Assembly: GCA_963767735.1 (NCBI GenBank)
Contig: CAVYES010000008.1
Location: 96,001 to 160,000, forward strand
Reading direction: 5' to 3'
Source: Candidatus Bathyarchaeota archaeon
Lineage (GTDB): Archaea > Thermoproteota > Bathyarchaeia > Bathyarchaeales > Bathycorpusculaceae
Length of the DNA: 64,000 bases
A program made the position numbers and the translations under genes. Positions 61,201 through 64,000 of this stretch are shown one piece after another. Within the stretch, counting starts at the first letter, position 1. Each line of letters opens with the position of its first letter. The notes below the pieces were generated by a model. That model made no database searches. It worked only from the letters and a program-made list of their open reading frames with translations, and was not told where the DNA came from.

Positions 61201-61237
61201 TCGCAATAGTTCCAATTTTATTTTTACTAATTTGCAT
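58202..61237 (-). CDS. Large cell-surface PQQ-like beta-propeller protein with Ig-like domains and TM anchor
   Basis: Signal peptide, PNPVGVGQ, TG...W repeats, IAYGKLY, N.YD.QIY..G.GP, C-terminal TM + RKKP. Confidence 0.82.
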   Translation of the reverse strand: MQISKNKIGTIAIAIILTLSLSGTALLMPNASAHTPAWQIPTYAYINATPNPVGVGQTLIVYMWLDPVYGAAGGATAAVGTNGYTASAALLANDYRFHNYNLIITSPNGTVNTVTWAICEDSTSDQSYDFTPTTVGTYNLTFSYGGQAYGANGNGYSGSILVNDTYLPSSASTTLTVQSTPITAPVTSEPLPTNYWSRPIFGENTNWYTISSNWLGSGAAVLSSGGAGYISSFSSNSVLELAPGDAVGPITSHVMWTMPIESGGIVGGNMFPSDTGVGYFEGSAYQQRFINPIIIGGYLYYTAPSSFTGPTSGPTVAVNLQTGQVLWSSTTVPALSFGYIYDLWDPDQHGVYPPVLVATAGGGLTGIPATWELFDAYTGDSLFNVTGVPGFAAQTGQTVNGQPAVALTNGVAAGPAGEQLRYVLANAGTAAAPNWYLSEWNMSKLWIYDINPYTGGGSLSPSIINATNGVLVPILPIPITGETGTTPAGGSVFVPYGSTLTVSGSVGIAEGLLASSANPTYTYDWNVSVPWLNTMPLQATLNSVTGKLALPAEQGTNTGFLAAGGTNPVTIVAAITGDLMLCRNGSLPVGFANTQAGYPQLPFTYFAVNLNASRGALGSILWMQTYNPPAGNLTVVQGDVDPVTGIFVLSYAETMQWVGYSLTSGAQIWGPTPTETAFDYYGNQIYPYLSGQIAYGKLYVSSFGGVCYCYNDLTGAIEWTWGNGAPGSDNSTFAGTTTPYGVYPTFINAIGNGVVYLVTSEHTITDPIYKGATLEDLNATTGQEILGTVLLDYTGEFRSQSFAIADGYSTVFNGYDDQIYSLGQGPSATTVQAPQPIVTAGNSALLQGTVMDTSAGTQQSTVKADFPSGVPCASDASMTSWMEYVYQQQAEPTNFTGVTVTLTAIDPNGNFVTLGSATTDSKGLYSLQWTAPNVPGKYTVTATFAGTNGYWGSSAQTAMIVQAPSATSAPTAAPVSGLATASDLTYGIVAVIIVIIIAVAIVGLLLLRKKP

Positions 61238-61593
61238 TTTTCTTTTCCTTCTTTTTTCTGTGAGCCAACCAATGGGTCAAAACTATTTATAAATGTGTCG
61301 TAGCAAGTTACCTGACCACCAACTTCGACCAAGAACCAGAAAACTTTAGGAAAAACATTTGTGAACGTACTGACAAAAAGCAAATACTTTTCGACCGGGC
61401 AGTTCGCTTTGTACGTACAACAATTAGCGGGTAAAAAACGAACTAAACAACCATGTAACAAAGATGACCCTCTCAGGGTGGCTGGAGACAAAGGGGCGGT
61501 ATACAAAAGCATCAACCAAACACACAAAAACGCGCGAAGGCAAATCTTATCTAGCCATTCTTAATTAACAATTATTGTCAGAAGGACTCGTTT

Positions 61594-62844
61594 ATGGCTG
61601 AAGAACATACACCATTAACCGTTGCACTTTCCCAACTTAAACTGGCTTGCAAAAAATTACAGTTGGATTCTGGCATGCATAAGATGCTCAGCCAGCCAAA
61701 ACGCTCCATCAGCGTCAGCATCGACATCCGAATGGACAACGGAACCGTCGGCGTATTCAACGGCGTCCGAGTGCAACATTGGGATGCGCGCGGACCATTC
61801 AAAGGCGGAATCCGCTACTACCCAAACATTACCCTTGATGAAGTCACCGCGCTGGCAATGTTGATGACTTGGAAATGCGCCATCGCCGACATACCATTTG
61901 GCGGAGCAAAAGGCGGCGTTTGCGTTGACACTAAAAAAATGAGCAAACATGAGCTTGAAAGATTAACAAGAAGATACGTCAGCTTAATCTTCGAATATTT
62001 GGGACCACACCGTGACATTCCTGCGCCAGACATGTACACTGACGCGCAAACCATGGCTTGGATAATGGACACCTACAGCCAACTGAAAGGCTACAGCATA
62101 CCCGAAAGCGTCACCGGCAAACCCGTTGAAATCGGAGGCTCATGGGGCAGAACCGAAGCCACAGGCAGAGGAGTAATCCACTGCGTAAAACAAGCGGCAG
62201 AAAACAACAGCCTAAAACTCAAAAACGCCACCGTAGCCATCCAAGGCTTCGGCAACGTCGGCTACCACGCAGCAGTGGCAGCGCAAGAAGTAGGCTGCAA
62301 AATAATAGCCGTAAGCGACTCCACAGGAGGAATCTACTGCCCAGACGGCTTAAACCCACCTGATGTTCTTGCGCATAAAGAAAAAACCCAATCTGTCCAG
62401 AACTACAAGGACTGCAAAAACATAACCAACGAGGAACTACTTGAATTGCCCTGCGACGTGCTGATTCCTGCAGCGCTGGAGAACCAAATCACCTGCAAAA
62501 ACGCCGACAAAATCAAAGCAAAAATGGTTGCTGAAGCAGCAAACGGACCAACAACACCTGAAGCTGATAAGGTATTGTATGAAAAAGAAATCTGCCTAAT
62601 CCCAGACATCCTTGCCAACAGCGGCGGAGTAACAGTGAGCTATTTTGAATGGGTACAAAACTTAACCCGCGAGCAATGGCCACTGGAAAAAGTCAACAGC
62701 AAACTTGAAGACAAAATGACCAAAGCATTCAACGACGTAGTCGCTATTGCGGAGAAGGAAGAGAGCGACATGCGCACAGGCGCGTTAATGCTGGGTGTAG
62801 GAAGAGTGGCTAACGCCATAAAAACACTAGGACTTTGGCCATAA
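61594..62844 (+). CDS. gdhA: Glutamate dehydrogenase
   Basis: RGPFKGGIR, MTWK, GGAKGG, DIPAPD, TGKP, QGFGNVG, EAANGP, N.GGVTVSYFEW. Confidence 0.97.
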   Translation: MAEEHTPLTVALSQLKLACKKLQLDSGMHKMLSQPKRSISVSIDIRMDNGTVGVFNGVRVQHWDARGPFKGGIRYYPNITLDEVTALAMLMTWKCAIADIPFGGAKGGVCVDTKKMSKHELERLTRRYVSLIFEYLGPHRDIPAPDMYTDAQTMAWIMDTYSQLKGYSIPESVTGKPVEIGGSWGRTEATGRGVIHCVKQAAENNSLKLKNATVAIQGFGNVGYHAAVAAQEVGCKIIAVSDSTGGIYCPDGLNPPDVLAHKEKTQSVQNYKDCKNITNEELLELPCDVLIPAALENQITCKNADKIKAKMVAEAANGPTTPEADKVLYEKEICLIPDILANSGGVTVSYFEWVQNLTREQWPLEKVNSKLEDKMTKAFNDVVAIAEKEESDMRTGALMLGVGRVANAIKTLGLWP

Positions 62845-63018
62845 ACACGAAACAAAGCATGAAGATGAGTTAAAGAAAGGCAGAGGATCTCTCCGAGCAG
62901 TAGAGGCAAGCTTTCTTTAGCATTATTTGTTTCTAGTGCAAACGCTTAAAACTGTTCTTGCTATATCTGTTGAACCCCACAAAGGGGAAAATAATCGGAC
63001 TTGGAAGGGAAAAGGGAG

Positions 63019-63574
63019 TTGGCAGCGAAAATTGGCACGTTAGATTTCTGTTATGAGAACTCGCTGGTTAAAATTGTGGCAAACAGGAACTGCCCTGAAA
63101 TTAAGCTTGCTGGATTAACTGTTGGTCCCTTTGATGAAGGAAATGAGTATGAAGTTTATTTTTGGGTGGCAAAAGAGTTAGCGAATGCAGGAATGGTTCA
63201 TTTCCGAGAAGACGACGTTTTCGATGCAACCAAACTGTTTCAAGGTGCAATGGAAAGAAGGCGTACAAATCCCAGGACAAATATCCGAGCTTTCAGATGA
63301 TTTTTATCCTAAACTTCGCAGGTTTATCTCCGACTTGAAAGATCAAGCCTCAAAGCAATCGGAAAAATACCAAGAATACGATAGAGCAAAGCAATTAGCA
63401 CGCGACATCGTAAATTCTAGGCTAAAAAAAATAGTTGCCCTATCTTCTGCTCCAACCCAAAGTGAGCAGGTTCTAAAAAAGTTTACAAGCGAGGAAAAAA
63501 TTCTCTATGAACAACTAGTCAAAATAATCTCTGAGTGGAAAACAAAGATTCTAGAAAGTGAAGGAGAAAAGTAA
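63019..63574 (+). CDS. gins: GINS23-type replication protein, indel near 63240
   Basis: N-half (GP...G.E.EV..WVA..L...G) plus C-half (L...FY, RL.KI..L.....T.EE..LY); directly upstream of mcm; start approximate. Confidence 0.8.
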
Positions 63575-63576
63575 AG

Positions 63577-64000
63577 ATGACTAACGAACAGGTAACAGTG
63601 GATCCGCAGCAGCGTTTTCAAGAGTTCTTTAAGAAAGAGAAGTACCGCCAAAGAATCGCGCAGTTAGCCATCACTGGAAAAGGATCAGTAACAATCGATT
63701 TTGAAGAACTTTATGGATTTGACCAAGCACTCGCTGAACAATTACTCAACAAACCAGAAGAATACTTGCAGCATGCAGGAAAAGGAGCCTACGAACAACT
63801 CCGCATAGAAGATGCAGAATACGCTGAAAAAATAGAAAAAATTAATGCCAGAATCGTGAAGCTTCTTGGAAAAGAACAGCTAAGAAAACTCGGCTCAAGA
63901 CAAATGGCAAAACTAGTCATGGTTGAAGGCATAGTAGTCAGAGCCACACCAGTCCGACCGATGGTCTTGCAAGCAGCCTTCAAATGCAAACGCTGTGGAA
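63577..64000 (+). CDS. mcm: MCM replicative helicase, N-terminal part (runs off the window)
   Basis: Hand translation: MTNEQ...RFQEFF...IDFEEL..FD..LAE.L...P...LRKLGS....KLV.VEGIVVRATPVRP....AAFKCKRCG. Confidence 0.93.
   Translation, partial: MTNEQVTVDPQQRFQEFFKKEKYRQRIAQLAITGKGSVTIDFEELYGFDQALAEQLLNKPEEYLQHAGKGAYEQLRIEDAEYAEKIEKINARIVKLLGKEQLRKLGSRQMAKLVMVEGIVVRATPVRPMVLQAAFKCKRCG

Noticed and set aside
685-63989. Many 60-160 aa ORFs overlapping annotated genes on other frames or strands
   Set aside because: They are shadow ORFs with no motifs, lying within well-supported genes.

Overview
Archaeal chromosomal window, most consistent with Bathyarchaeia (inferred from the archaeal cdhABCDE cluster, Ftr, cofC/cofE, Rpo12, RFC, GINS23-MCM, frequent TTG/GTG starts and a large beta-propeller surface protein). 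Left to right: two convergent purine operons (purM-purS-purL-purQ and purF-purD followed by a translationally coupled HAD/Ftr-like/PfkB trio); the ACDS operon with two cooC genes; cofC, a MetF-like gene and cofE; a GCS2/RimK ligase cluster; two convergent deoxyhypusine synthase paralogues enclosing PIN toxin-antitoxin genes; argS; tRNA-Leu(GAG) with three tandem ~1-kb integrase-free cargo segments bounded by tRNA 3'-end repeats; cysE, lrp, guaA and a nucleotide-sugar operon; tRNA-modification and replication genes; gdhA, gins and the start of mcm. Best candidates for novelty: (1) the HAD + Ftr-like + PfkB trio, sitting where GAR formyltransferase (PurN/PurT, not seen in this window) would be expected; (2) the tRNA-anchored cassette array whose units share conserved ends, including a recombinase-like palindrome. 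About a dozen single-base indels, some in housekeeping genes, point to uncorrected assembly errors rather than biology. All family assignments were made by eye from motifs; no searches were run.
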